Assembly: GCA_049322915.1 (NCBI GenBank)
Contig: JBMOPW010000014.1
Coordinates: forward strand, 890,774 to 954,773
Length of the DNA: 64,000 bases
Origin: Candidatus Zhuqueibacterota bacterium
GTDB lineage: Bacteria > Zhuqueibacterota > Zhuqueibacteria > Thermofontimicrobiales > Thermofontimicrobiaceae
Direction: 5' to 3'
The first letter of the stretch is position 1. Each line of letters opens with the position of its first letter. The translations under genes were made by a program, and so were the position numbers. Under the pieces are notes generated by a model. The model saw only the letters and a program-made list of their open reading frames with translations. It searched no databases and was not told the DNA's origin. This document shows positions 1 through 9,875 of the stretch, piece after piece.

Positions 1-1
1 T

Positions 2-313
2 GCGACAGAAGATGACATGACGGTTGCGCTGAACATCCAATTGACCGATGAATTGCGCGAAGAAGGATTGGCGCGTGACTTTGTCAACCGCGTTCAGAAT
101 ATGCGGAAGGATGCCGATTTCAATGTGGTCGATCGAATACTGATTTTCTTCGAAGGTTCGGACGCAGTCAAAAAGGCCATTGATTCCCAGCAGGATTACG
201 TTAAAAGCGAAACCCTGGCAGACCAATTGGTCAGCATGCTGAAGAAGAACGACTACGAAAAAGAATGGGCCATCGATGGCGAGCGGATTGTCATCGGAAT
301 AACCCGGGTGTAG
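2..313 (+). CDS. ileS: Isoleucyl-tRNA synthetase (type 2), C-terminal fragment truncated by the window start
   Basis: VALNIQLTDELREEGLARDFVNRVQNMRKDADFNVVDRI is the typical type-2 IleRS C-terminus. It is followed by dksA-like, lspA and rluD as in FCB genomes. Confidence 0.9.
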   Translation, partial: ATEDDMTVALNIQLTDELREEGLARDFVNRVQNMRKDADFNVVDRILIFFEGSDAVKKAIDSQQDYVKSETLADQLVSMLKKNDYEKEWAIDGERIVIGITRV

Positions 314-539
314 CCTGGTCCCGCTCAAAGGCGGATCAGGTGACTGAACAGACGCATCAGGGACGGCCGCGGCAATTGGAGCGCGGCGGGAAAGGAGATG
401 AAAAACAGAACGTTCCTGGCGTCATACGCGTTGAGATTATTCACGGTGGATTTTTCGGAATTCCATTATCATACGAAATACCAAACCGAAGGTGTAATTG
501 TTATATGTTCATAAGGATTTTTTAGGGAGGATACTCAAG

Positions 540-905
540 ATGGGGATTAAGAACTTAGAACACTTTAAGAAAATTCTTCAAAGCCGACAGCACGAATTGC
601 TGGATAAAGTGAATTCAGCTCGGTTCAAGGAAGAATCGATGAAGGAGACGACTGGCGACCATTCCTATTCGCTTCATCTGGCTGACCAGGGTTCCGACAG
701 CATGGATCGTGAGCAATCATTCATGTTCGCTTCATTGGATGGCAGCCTCCTGGCGGAATTGAATGATGCCCTTGAGAGAATTGAAGAGGGGACGTTTGGC
801 GTTTGCACCATGTGCGGTTCGGAAATAAACAAAGAGAGACTGGAAGCGATCCCGTATGCCCGACTTTGCCTTGAGTGCAAAGCCAACGAGGAGAATCAAT
901 ATTGA
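540..905 (+). CDS. TraR/DksA family C4 zinc-finger protein
   Basis: HLADQGSD coiled-coil tip, ALERIEEGTFGVCTMCG and ERLEAIPYARLCLECK. GGGAGG RBS before the ATG at 540. Confidence 0.9.
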   Translation: MGIKNLEHFKKILQSRQHELLDKVNSARFKEESMKETTGDHSYSLHLADQGSDSMDREQSFMFASLDGSLLAELNDALERIEEGTFGVCTMCGSEINKERLEAIPYARLCLECKANEENQY

Positions 906-1079
906 TTCCCAGCAACGATTTGTTGTCGTGCAGAGGATTGTGTACGACCATTCAATTTATAGCTACAGAAATGACTCATCCCGGGGAGCGATGCCGGCTT
1001 CCTGTCTATGCTATGACAGAGTAAACCGAGGCATCACAAACGAGCGACCTGCTGGCTTGTTTCAAAGTGACGGAGTATT

Positions 1080-1571
1080 GTGTTCAAATCAAATACAAAA
1101 TTATTGATGTGGTCCTTTCTCATCGTATTCATCGATCAGGCGACCAAAATGTTGATTAAAAATTCCATGCAGTTGAGGGAATCTATATCGCTTTTGGGCG
1201 ACATTATCCGGATCACATACATCAAAAATCCAGGCATGGCGTTTGGCATTCAAATCGGCGGGAAATTATTCTACACGATTTTTGCATCGATCGCCTGCGT
1301 CGTCATTTTAATCTATCTTTATGAAATGAAGCCGGAAAATTTCTGGGCGAGATTTGCGCTGACGACAATCCTGGGCGGCGCAGTGGGCAATCTCATCGAT
1401 CGGATTATCCACAGCGAAGTGGTCGATTTTATCGACATCCGCATTGTGCGCTGGCCTGTCTTCAATTTCGCGGACATTGCCATCACTCTCGGGATGATCA
1501 TTTTAATCGCTGTTGTCATTTTTGAAAAAAAGCAAGAAAAGACTGAAGAAGAACAATTGGAAGCCGGGTGA
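1080..1571 (+). CDS. lspA: Signal peptidase II (prolipoprotein signal peptidase)
   Basis: DQATK, NPGMAFG, GAVGNLIDR, VVDFI and FNFAD motifs; four hydrophobic segments. Confidence 0.95.
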   Translation: MFKSNTKLLMWSFLIVFIDQATKMLIKNSMQLRESISLLGDIIRITYIKNPGMAFGIQIGGKLFYTIFASIACVVILIYLYEMKPENFWARFALTTILGGAVGNLIDRIIHSEVVDFIDIRIVRWPVFNFADIAITLGMIILIAVVIFEKKQEKTEEEQLEAG

Positions 1572-1608
1572 AAACCATCGCCCTGTATCATTTTCCGAAA
1601 GAAACGGA

Positions 1609-2619
1609 ATGGATATTTTTCAGGAACAGCAGTTCGAAAATGAGGACTCGGATGAATGCGATTCGAGACAATTCATCGTTCCTGACCATCAGAAAAAAGA
1701 GCGGCTGGATCAATTTTTAGCCAACCGATTGGAGAGGCCAAGCCGCTCGCAGATTCAAAAACTCATCAAAGAAGGCCTCATCACTGTCAACGAAAAGCCG
1801 ACCAAACCAAGTCATCCAGTCTCCCCGGGTGAGATCATCCAGCTTCAACTGCAACAGCCAAGAGCCACAGAGCTTCTGCCGGAGTATATTCCACTGAATA
1901 TCGTATTTGAGGATGAATATCTGCTCGTCGTTAATAAGCAGGCCGGACTCGTCGTTCATCCCGCTTACGGCAATCTATCGGGCACGCTCGTCAATGGCGT
2001 CCTCTATCATTGCCAGAGCCTGTCCTCGTTGAGCGGGGAATTTCGGCCGGGCCTGGTCCATCGTCTGGATAAAGATACATCCGGGCTGCTTGTCATTGCG
2101 AAGAATGATTTTGTGCACAGCCAGCTTTCTGCCCAATTTTCCCGGCGAACCATTCAACGCGAATATCGCGCCATCGCCTGGGGCCATTTTGAAAAAAAGG
2201 CGGATCGGATTGAGAGCTTGTTACGTCGCAGCAGCAAAGACAGGACGCGAATGACCATCGCCCGTCAGGGTAAACCCGCCATCACCCATTATGAGGTGCT
2301 GCGGGAGTATGCGCTGGTCTCGGTGTTGAAGGTGCGGCTGGAGACCGGTCGCACCCATCAGATTCGCGTCCACCTGGCCTGGAAAGGTCACCCGGTTCTG
2401 GGTGATGAAATTTACGGCGGCAAGCAACGACAGCTCATCAAATTGAATGCTCAGAATCGTCAACTCGGACAGGAATTGCTGGATCGAATGCCGCGCCAGG
2501 CGCTTCACGCCAGAACGCTGGGGTTTGTCCATCCCGAGACAAAGAAATCCATGTGGTTTGATTCAGAACTGCCGGAAGACATGCAGAAGATTATCGATTT
2601 TCTCGATTCAGAAGGATGA
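1609..2619 (+). CDS. rluD: RluA-family 23S rRNA pseudouridine synthase with N-terminal S4 domain (RluD-like)
   Basis: S4 motif RLDQFL..SRSQIQKLIKEG, then NKQAGLVVHP, HRLDKDTSG, TGRTHQIRVH and QALHA. Start chosen at ATG 1609. Confidence 0.9.
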   Translation: MDIFQEQQFENEDSDECDSRQFIVPDHQKKERLDQFLANRLERPSRSQIQKLIKEGLITVNEKPTKPSHPVSPGEIIQLQLQQPRATELLPEYIPLNIVFEDEYLLVVNKQAGLVVHPAYGNLSGTLVNGVLYHCQSLSSLSGEFRPGLVHRLDKDTSGLLVIAKNDFVHSQLSAQFSRRTIQREYRAIAWGHFEKKADRIESLLRRSSKDRTRMTIARQGKPAITHYEVLREYALVSVLKVRLETGRTHQIRVHLAWKGHPVLGDEIYGGKQRQLIKLNAQNRQLGQELLDRMPRQALHARTLGFVHPETKKSMWFDSELPEDMQKIIDFLDSEG

Positions 2620-2857
2620 CAGACATTCGCGGCTGTATTCGAAGACGTGTCGTTCGCCATCATCTGTGTGGGACAAATTCGTTCGCCAGAGTCCCGGCTT
2701 TCTGCTGCGCTCTCCGCTCAAATCTATCCCCACACCATTGATTCCCTTTGCAGAAAATCCCAAATTGATTCGCTGAAAAAAGGCATGGCTGACTCGCAAA
2801 CCAGGAGTGAAATTGCCCTGACCGGGAACGTCGCCTGGTGCGGTTTTCATGTGCGCG

Positions 2858-4189
2858 CTACAATAAATTGCTCGCCAGGTCTGCCAACTCGGAGCGCTCG
2901 CCCTTTTCCAGGTTGATGTGCGCGTAGAGTTTTTGCCCCTGCATCTTTTCGATGAGATAGCTCAGCCCGTTGGACTGGCTGTCCAGATAGGGATGGTCAA
3001 TCTGAAAGATATCGCCGGTGAATACCATTTTGGTGCCCTCGCCGGCGCGCGTGATGATGGTCTTCACTTCGTGAGGCGTCAGGTTCTGGGCTTCATCCAC
3101 AATGAAATAGACTTTCACCAGACTGCGACCGCGAATATAGGAGAGCGGCGATATGACCAGTTTCTCTTCATCTAAAAATTCTTCAATGCGCTTGTGTTTT
3201 TGATCGGACTTTGAAAATTGATTTTTTATCACACCGAGATTGTCGTATAAAGGCTGCATGTATGGGTCTAATTTTGATTTGATATCGCCGGGCAAAAAAC
3301 CAATATCTTTGTTGCTCAGCGGGACCACCGGTCGGGCCAGGAAAATCTGGTGGTAATACTTCCGCTTGTCGATGGCCGCGGCGAGCGCCAATAGCGTTTT
3401 TCCTGTGCCAGCCTTGCCCGAGATGGAGACCAACTGAATGTCGGTATTTGTCAATGCATTCAGGGCAAAGGTCTGCTCTGCATTTCTGGGCGTGATGCCA
3501 TAGACAGGCATTTTATCGACGCGCTTGATTTTGCTCTCAGCGGAATCGTAGGTGGCCAGCGCCGATTTCTTCCCGCTGCGCATGATGAGAAATTCATTGG
3601 GCAGGAGGTTATTTTCCGATCCTAATTCTTTCACATCAATTTCAAACGGCAGTTCGTACATTCGGTCGATGAGTTCATTGGGCAAATTATCGATCACCCT
3701 TCTGCCCGTGTACAGCGCGGACACATCCTTCACGTGATCGGTGGTGTAGTCCTGCGCCCTCAGTCCGATGGCCTTGGCCTTCATGCGCAAATTCACATCC
3801 TTGGAAACGATAATCACCTGCTTGGTCGGGTGTTCCCTGGCCATCAGATATGCCGTGTTCAGAATGTGATGGTCCGGCTTGTGCAGTGAAAAATTGAATT
3901 TCAAATCGTTGTGAAATTCCCGCTCCAACTGAATGGAAATTTTCCCCAGATTGGGACCGATGGTGACGCCGCCGGAAAATAATTTATCACCACTCAGGGC
4001 ATCCAGCGAGCGAAGGAATTCCCGGGCGTGGTAGTTGAGCGTTTCATTGCCCTTTTTGAATTGATCTAATTCTTCCAGTACGGTGATTGGAATGACGATG
4101 TCATTCTCCTGGAACTGGTTCATGCAGGAACTATCGTGGAGAATGACATTGGTATCCAATACAAAAAACTTCTTCGTGCTTTTGGCCAT
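2858..4189 (-). CDS. PIN-domain/PhoH-family ATPase fusion (PhoH2/YlaK type)
   Basis: N-terminal PIN motifs FVLDTNVILHD..VLEELD and SKDVNLRMKA; Walker A GKAGTGKT; GFLPG, YIRGRS, IVDEAQN, TRAG and GDIFQID. Confidence 0.92.
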   Translation of the reverse strand: MAKSTKKFFVLDTNVILHDSSCMNQFQENDIVIPITVLEELDQFKKGNETLNYHAREFLRSLDALSGDKLFSGGVTIGPNLGKISIQLEREFHNDLKFNFSLHKPDHHILNTAYLMAREHPTKQVIIVSKDVNLRMKAKAIGLRAQDYTTDHVKDVSALYTGRRVIDNLPNELIDRMYELPFEIDVKELGSENNLLPNEFLIMRSGKKSALATYDSAESKIKRVDKMPVYGITPRNAEQTFALNALTNTDIQLVSISGKAGTGKTLLALAAAIDKRKYYHQIFLARPVVPLSNKDIGFLPGDIKSKLDPYMQPLYDNLGVIKNQFSKSDQKHKRIEEFLDEEKLVISPLSYIRGRSLVKVYFIVDEAQNLTPHEVKTIITRAGEGTKMVFTGDIFQIDHPYLDSQSNGLSYLIEKMQGQKLYAHINLEKGERSELADLASNLL

Positions 4190-4429
4190 AGTGTGCGTGT
4201 CGATTAAAAGTGAATGAAGTTGTTGAATCGTTAAATACATCGAGGTGAACGTCCGGGCACGGCTGGGGTGCCCGCGCTGAGTGCAAGCTGCATCTCATGC
4301 GTTTGCGCCACTCCTGAACGACGGTGAGTGATCGATTGTCGAATCATGCGAGCAGAAATTTTAACGAAGCATCACAGGATTAAGTTTCCGGCAAGGCAGT
4401 TATCCCAATCATGCCCGGCCCGGCGCAAC

Positions 4430-4855
4430 TCAATCGTCGCTGCCGGGATCGAATTTGCGCAGGTGTTTTATTTCGCTGCGCTTTCGCTTGTCGGCCATCC
4501 GTCGCGCTCTGACTGCGGCAGAAGGCTTTTTCGACCTGCGGACGGCCGGAACATGCGTCGCTTTCCGGATGAGCCCAATCAGCCGCTGGAGCGCATCTTC
4601 CCGATTTTTTAGCTGAGAGCGGAAGCGCTGCGCTTTAATGACGATCTCGCCGTTTTCGTTCAATCGCTTGCCAGCCAATCGGATGAGCCGTTCCCGAACC
4701 TCATCCGGAAGCGATGGACTGTGACGGACATTGAACCGAAGCAGCACTGCCGTGGCCACTTTGTTCACATTCTGCCCGCCCGGGCCGGACGATCGGACGA
4801 ATTCTTCGCTGATTTCATCGTCGGAAATTTTCAGGGTGTCGGTAATCTCAATCAT
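4430..4855 (-). CDS. arfB: Alternative ribosome rescue factor / peptidyl-tRNA hydrolase ArfB
   Basis: RSSGPGGQNVNKV GGQ motif, RSQLKNRE, and a basic C-terminal tail. Confidence 0.93.
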   Translation of the reverse strand: MIEITDTLKISDDEISEEFVRSSGPGGQNVNKVATAVLLRFNVRHSPSLPDEVRERLIRLAGKRLNENGEIVIKAQRFRSQLKNREDALQRLIGLIRKATHVPAVRRSKKPSAAVRARRMADKRKRSEIKHLRKFDPGSDD

Positions 4856-4857
4856 TG

Positions 4858-5670
4858 CTACATGAACCAGGTTTTTGTATGGTGTACCGCATCGCCAAAT
4901 CGCTGCATGAATCTTATGTCTTCTTCACTGAGCGGCCCCTGACTCAATGCAGCCAGGTTTTCATCTATCTGCGCTGGATTGGAGGGGGCAGTCATGCAGA
5001 CATGCACATTGGGATTGGAAAGCACGAAGCGATAACACATGCCGGGAGTGGGAATGCGCTCATCCCCGGGCCAATTTTTCGGCCGGCGCAGCAGATAGCG
5101 CCAGCGCGTGGCAGTAAAGCTCACCACGCCGGGATTGTGCACTTTCAAATGTGGGAAAATGTCCTGCTCGGCGCCGCGGTGGGCAGCATTGTATCGCATC
5201 ATGATCACGTCCAGCGCGCCCTCAGCAGCCAGCCGGCCGGCGAATTTTCTGTCATGGGTGGAAATGCCGATGTGCCGAATTTTATCGCTCTCTTTGAGTC
5301 GATACATCTGCTCCCGAAGCGCCACAGGAAATTGTTTTTCTTTCATCACGCCCAGGAACATGAAGATATCAATATAGTCGGTATCAATTTGACGCAGTCG
5401 TTTTTCCAGCGTCCGCTCGATATTGGGATGACCAACCAGTAAATTATATGCGCCTGTGGCAATGACAAATTTCTCCCGATTGCCCTTCATTTCAGTGCGC
5501 AGAAACCGAATCATCTGTTTATCAATATTGAAGAAGAAAAAATAATTCAGACCGGCATCCAGAGCTTTGTGCAGTGTCGCCTGACCGGGCCAGTACGTGC
5601 CGGAAATACCCAACCGATGCACGGCCAATCCGGTTTTACCGAGTATCGTGTGTGTGAAATTTTGCTCCAT
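4858..5670 (-). CDS. Aldo/keto reductase family protein
   Basis: LGKTGLAVHRLGI, LRQIDTDYIDIF, KIRHIGISTH and RYN motifs; catalytic residues look divergent. Confidence 0.8.
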   Translation of the reverse strand: MEQNFTHTILGKTGLAVHRLGISGTYWPGQATLHKALDAGLNYFFFFNIDKQMIRFLRTEMKGNREKFVIATGAYNLLVGHPNIERTLEKRLRQIDTDYIDIFMFLGVMKEKQFPVALREQMYRLKESDKIRHIGISTHDRKFAGRLAAEGALDVIMMRYNAAHRGAEQDIFPHLKVHNPGVVSFTATRWRYLLRRPKNWPGDERIPTPGMCYRFVLSNPNVHVCMTAPSNPAQIDENLAALSQGPLSEEDIRFMQRFGDAVHHTKTWFM

Positions 5671-5716
5671 GGTACCTTACCTTAGAAATGTGAAATTTTT
5701 TTGTCGATGCCTTTAA

Positions 5717-5877
5717 CCTGAATTATTCATGAACTTGCTCAGAATTTGAGTCAACATTGAGATTTTCAATTAGCTAAAGGCTAAGCTATTTTGAAACTCA
5801 GTTTTTATACGTCTATTCCAAAAAGAGCACCATTCAGGTTAGCCAGCCTCCTCTAAAAATACAATGAATAATGCAGG
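5717..5877 (+). mobile_element. MITE family A, copy 1 (161 bp, non-autonomous)
   Basis: TIRs CCTGAATTATTCAT...ATGAATAATGCAGG, flanked by the direct repeat TTAA on both sides. Three more copies lie in the window. Confidence 0.85.
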
Positions 5878-6179
5878 TTAAATTCGTTCTGAAGAAAACG
5901 CCGGCGATGAAATGGGCCATTCACCGGAACTGACTGAATACTTGAAATGAGGCATATCTGAGTTCCAAATCGCTTCGCCATCCGAGCCGCGTGGAAATGC
6001 TGTTCGTTGCCGGATATCCTTTATTGAGATCACTGGAGAATATACAAATTTATTCCTCATGAAATCAACTAAAATTATTTTAATTCTGTAGCAGGAGAGG
6101 TAATAATTTCGTCTGCACAATGACTGCCAGCGCAATGGCGTTATACTCGCTGTGAATTACTTTTACCCGGAAAAAAGAC

Positions 6180-6232
6180 TTGACAAATGCCAATCAAATT
6201 CCTATATTAACCTGCGATGTAACCGATTACAT
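6180..6232 (+). promoter_or_regulatory. Sigma70-type promoter and LacI-type operator upstream of the ABC transporter
   Basis: TTGACA (6180), 17-bp spacer, TATATT (6203). The near-palindrome ATGTAACCGATTACAT (6217-6232) recurs inverted at 9813-9828. Confidence 0.75.
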
Positions 6233-6332
6233 TCACCGGGGTGTCGTCAATTAACCTGTGATTCGTCTGCTGTGTCTGGTCTGGGCAGACTGCTACGCCA
6301 AGCACATTGCTGTCCAACGTTCAGTTATCAGA

Positions 6333-7625
6333 ATGAAAATGCCAATGAAGATGCGCTTAACATTATTCATTATCCTGGCGCTGATGCTGTTTTTCTCCTG
6401 TTCGAAAAAAAACAGCGATCGCGTGGAACTCAGCTTTTGGGCGATGGGTTCCGAGGGGCAGGTCATCAGTGAGATCATCAATAAATTCCATGAGCTGCAC
6501 CCGAATATTCACGTGAAGGTTCAGGCTATTCCCTGGGGCGCTGCGCACGAAAAATTGTTGACGGCCACCGCCGGCCATTCCACGCCGGACGTCTGCCAGT
6601 TGGGCAACACCTGGATTTCTGAGTTCAACGCCATTGATGCGATCATCCCCCTGGACACGCTCATTCAGCATTCGACGATTCAGGCGGATCGTTTTTTCCC
6701 TGGAGTCTGGAATACCAACACGATCGGTGATCGGGTGTACGGCATCCCCTGGTATGTGGACACGCGCCTGCTATTTTATCGCAAAGACATTCTCTCCGCA
6801 GCCGGCTATACCCAGCCGCCGGGCACATGGGAGGAGTGGCGAAATGCGGCTCGCAACATCGTTGCTTCGTCCCGGTTCCGTCAGAAGCAGTATGGATTTT
6901 TCTTTTCACTGATTTATAACGACTGGCATGTGCCGGTCATTCTGGTGCTGGAAAATAACGGCCGATTGTTGAAAGAGAATGATTGCTATGGCGCGTTTGA
7001 TGATCCTCAGACTGTCGAAGCATTGCAATTCTATACCTCGTTGTTCAAAGAAGGATTGGCCCCCAGATCCATGTCCGAGTTCACCAACATTTATCAGGGA
7101 TTTCAGGATGGCGCATTCGCTTTCGTCGTGACCGGACCCTGGAATATCGGAGAAATCAGGCGACGCATGCCGGAGATGGAAAATGTGTGGGCCACTGCGC
7201 CGATGCCCCGGAAGCTCAATGGAAACTCGGTGGCTGCGGGCTCCAGCCTGGTTATTTTCAAAAGCTGCCGGCATAAAAAGGAGGCCATTACCTTCATCGA
7301 ATTTTTATCGTCAGTGGAGACCCAGGTGCAGTTCTTTCAGATGACGCGGGATTTGCCAGCGGTCAAACAGGCCTGGGACGCCGAGGAAATTCAAACCGAT
7401 GAAAAGATAATGGCGTTTTATCGGCAATTGGAAAGCGTCGTCGCCACTCCCAAAATTCCGGAATGGGAGCGCATCGCTGTCAAAATTCAGGAGCATCTGG
7501 AGCGGGTTGTTTTTGAAGAGACAATGTTGGAGAAAGCCATCCGCGACCTTAATAACGATGTCGATCGAATTCTGGAGAAGCGGCGCTGGTTGTTGTCTAA
7601 AGGCGTCATGAATTCCGGCGAATGA
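6333..7625 (+). CDS. Carbohydrate ABC transporter substrate-binding lipoprotein (SBP family 1)
   Basis: Lipobox LFFSC; FWAMGSEG, HEKLLTA, PDVCQLGNTW, YGIPWYVDTRLLFYRKD. The exact start among the ATGs at 6333-6351 is uncertain. Confidence 0.9.
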   Translation: MKMPMKMRLTLFIILALMLFFSCSKKNSDRVELSFWAMGSEGQVISEIINKFHELHPNIHVKVQAIPWGAAHEKLLTATAGHSTPDVCQLGNTWISEFNAIDAIIPLDTLIQHSTIQADRFFPGVWNTNTIGDRVYGIPWYVDTRLLFYRKDILSAAGYTQPPGTWEEWRNAARNIVASSRFRQKQYGFFFSLIYNDWHVPVILVLENNGRLLKENDCYGAFDDPQTVEALQFYTSLFKEGLAPRSMSEFTNIYQGFQDGAFAFVVTGPWNIGEIRRRMPEMENVWATAPMPRKLNGNSVAAGSSLVIFKSCRHKKEAITFIEFLSSVETQVQFFQMTRDLPAVKQAWDAEEIQTDEKIMAFYRQLESVVATPKIPEWERIAVKIQEHLERVVFEETMLEKAIRDLNNDVDRILEKRRWLLSKGVMNSGE

Positions 7626-7649
7626 GAAATCCGATGGAATGGAGCTACC

Positions 7650-8537
7650 ATGAATCGAAATAATGTCACAGCCTATTTTTTCCTCGCTCCGGCGTTGACC
7701 ACGTTACTGGTCTTTTTCTTCATTCCGGTACTGGCTGCGTTCGTCATGAGCTTCACCGATTTCGATATCTATTCGCTAGGCAATATCAAACAGATGCGTT
7801 TTGTCCTGGTCGATAATTTCAAGCAGTTATTTCACGATCCCATTTTCTGGAAAGCTCTGAAAAACACCCTCATCTTCGTGCTCATCGGCGCTCCCCTGAC
7901 CATTGCTTTGTCCCTGTTTGCGGCCATCGGATTGAATTCCCGTTTGCTCCATTTCAAAACGCTCTTTCGCCTGGCTCTGTTTTTGCCGGTGGTGACAACG
8001 CTGGTCGCTGTCGCTGTTGTGTGGCGGTATCTGTATCATCCCTATTTTGGTTTAATCAACTACGTGACTGTTTCTCTCGGCTTCAAAACGATCGATTGGC
8101 TGGGCGATCCCAATTACGCGCTGATCGCCATTGTATTTCTGGCCGTATGGAAAAATTTCGGTTATTACATGATGATATTTTTAGCCGGGCTTCAGTCGGC
8201 GCCGGACTATCTTTATGAAGCGGCTGAAATTGATGGCGCTGGCTGGTGGCGGCAATTCCAGCACGTGACCATTCCGCATTTAGCGCCAACCACACTTTTC
8301 GTTTCGCTGATGACGGTCATCGGTTATTTGCAATTTTTTGCCGAGCCCTTCGTGATGACCCAGGGCGGCCCGCTGAATTCTACGCTGAGTGTGGTGCTTT
8401 ATTTGTACCAGCAGGGATTCCGGTGGTGGCGAATGGGCTATGCTTCCACCATCGCCTTTGTCCTTTTCTTCATTGTATTTTTTACAGCCCTGGTGCAATT
8501 GTATGTGCAGAAAAGAAAGGACGGCAATGAGAGATAG
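7650..8537 (+). CDS. Carbohydrate ABC transporter permease (MalF/UgpA-like)
   Basis: EAA loop LYEAAEIDGA; WKNFGYYMMIFLAGLQ; MTQGGP. Confidence 0.93.
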   Translation: MNRNNVTAYFFLAPALTTLLVFFFIPVLAAFVMSFTDFDIYSLGNIKQMRFVLVDNFKQLFHDPIFWKALKNTLIFVLIGAPLTIALSLFAAIGLNSRLLHFKTLFRLALFLPVVTTLVAVAVVWRYLYHPYFGLINYVTVSLGFKTIDWLGDPNYALIAIVFLAVWKNFGYYMMIFLAGLQSAPDYLYEAAEIDGAGWWRQFQHVTIPHLAPTTLFVSLMTVIGYLQFFAEPFVMTQGGPLNSTLSVVLYLYQQGFRWWRMGYASTIAFVLFFIVFFTALVQLYVQKRKDGNER

Positions 8538-9363
8538 GCGAATCAAACGATTCATACCATCGGTTGCATTGCATCTGGTCATGCTGATCGCGGCATTTTT
8601 GACCATCGTCCCGTTCATCTGGATGGTGTCGGCATCATTCATGAAGAGCGGCGGCGCCAGCACGTTCCCGCCGCGATTCATTCCGGAGACTTTTGTGCTG
8701 GATCAGTACATCACGCTGTTCAATAAATTGAATGTGGGCCGCTATTTTTTCAATAGCTTCTTGTTGGCAACCTCAGTGACAATCGTCTCGCTGTTCATCA
8801 ACTCCCTGGCCGGATATGCCTTTTCCAAGTTCGCCTTCCGCGGGAAGCAGTCCATCTTCGCCTTGTTGCTGACATCGATGATCATTCCCGGTCAGGTGAC
8901 CATGCTGCCGGTGTTTCTAATCCTCAATAAACTCTATCTGTTGAATACCTATTTCGGGATAATTCTGCCGGGCATGGCCAGTATCTTTGCCATATTTTTA
9001 ATCCGACAATACCTGTTCAGCGTGCCGGACAGTCTGATTGAAGCTGCCCGAATCGATGGTGCCGACGATTTCATGATCTATTGGAAAATCATTCTGCCGC
9101 TGGCCGCGCCGGTACTGGTGACATTGGCGCTGTTCACATTCATGGGCACGTGGAATGATTTCCTCTGGCCGTTGATTGTTCTCACGCGACAGGATATGTT
9201 CACGCTGCCGGTGGCGTTGGCTAATCTGTTGGGCGAATACGCGCACGACGTGGAGTTAATGATGGCCGGCGCTGTCATTACGGTCATGCCCATAATTTTC
9301 ATCTTCATTTTCCTGCAAAAATATTACATTCGCGGGATCATGTTAGGCAGCGTCAAAGGCTGA
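8527..9363 (+). CDS. Carbohydrate ABC transporter permease (MalG/UgpE-like)
   Basis: EAARIDGA loop; AGYAFSKFAFRGK; WNDFLWPL. ATG 8527 overlaps the end of the previous gene. Confidence 0.93.
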   Translation: MRDRRIKRFIPSVALHLVMLIAAFLTIVPFIWMVSASFMKSGGASTFPPRFIPETFVLDQYITLFNKLNVGRYFFNSFLLATSVTIVSLFINSLAGYAFSKFAFRGKQSIFALLLTSMIIPGQVTMLPVFLILNKLYLLNTYFGIILPGMASIFAIFLIRQYLFSVPDSLIEAARIDGADDFMIYWKIILPLAAPVLVTLALFTFMGTWNDFLWPLIVLTRQDMFTLPVALANLLGEYAHDVELMMAGAVITVMPIIFIFIFLQKYYIRGIMLGSVKG

Positions 9364-9599
9364 ACGACGCGCGAGCCGACGATCCACGGATCACCGTCTT
9401 TGGCAGGCGTTCGAATCATCCTCCTCATCGATGTTTTTCCCCCGATCCTCATACTGCGCTGACAGAAGCGCCCTCCCCGGCATTTCCAGTGAAATCGTGT
9501 TTAATCAAAATTTCGTGCGAGCCTTGTATCGGTGATTGTCTCCATCGCCGGCCACACGCCGGTTATCAATGTGATGATTTTTAGTGTCTGTTTGGCCGC

Positions 9600-9698
9600 C
9601 TGATCGCGCTGGACATACATCCAGCGCGGGCAATGGCCGGGACGCATGTCCCCGAATAGGCGTCCCGTTCGGGATGAACATCCCAAACAATCGGTTGG
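9600..9698 (+). repeat. Hairpin-mosaic (REP/BIME-like) repeat family C, copy 1
   Basis: Three successive hairpins CGCGCTGGA..TCCAGCGCG, GGGAC-GCAT-GTCCC and TTCGGGAT-GAAC-ATCCCAAA. Homologous to 49160-49255 and, inverted, to 57527-57695. Confidence 0.7.
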
Positions 9699-9785
9699 TG
9701 GTCTTTGTGTACTTCAAGTGAGTATACAGATCGGTTTTTTAGACTCTGGAATAGCCTGTGGGAAATACCTTCACAAAAAAAAGAC

Positions 9786-9828
9786 TTGACTTTTCAATTT
9801 TTTTTAGTTAAAATGTAATCGGTTACAT
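9786..9828 (+). promoter_or_regulatory. Sigma70-type promoter with overlapping LacI-type operator (autoregulation)
   Basis: TTGACT (9786), 17-bp spacer, TAAAAT (9809). Operator ATGTAATCGGTTACAT at 9813-9828. Confidence 0.78.
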
Positions 9829-9875
9829 TTTGGAATGATCGTCTTTTAGTGTAAATAAAGCCAAAGGATGAAGCT

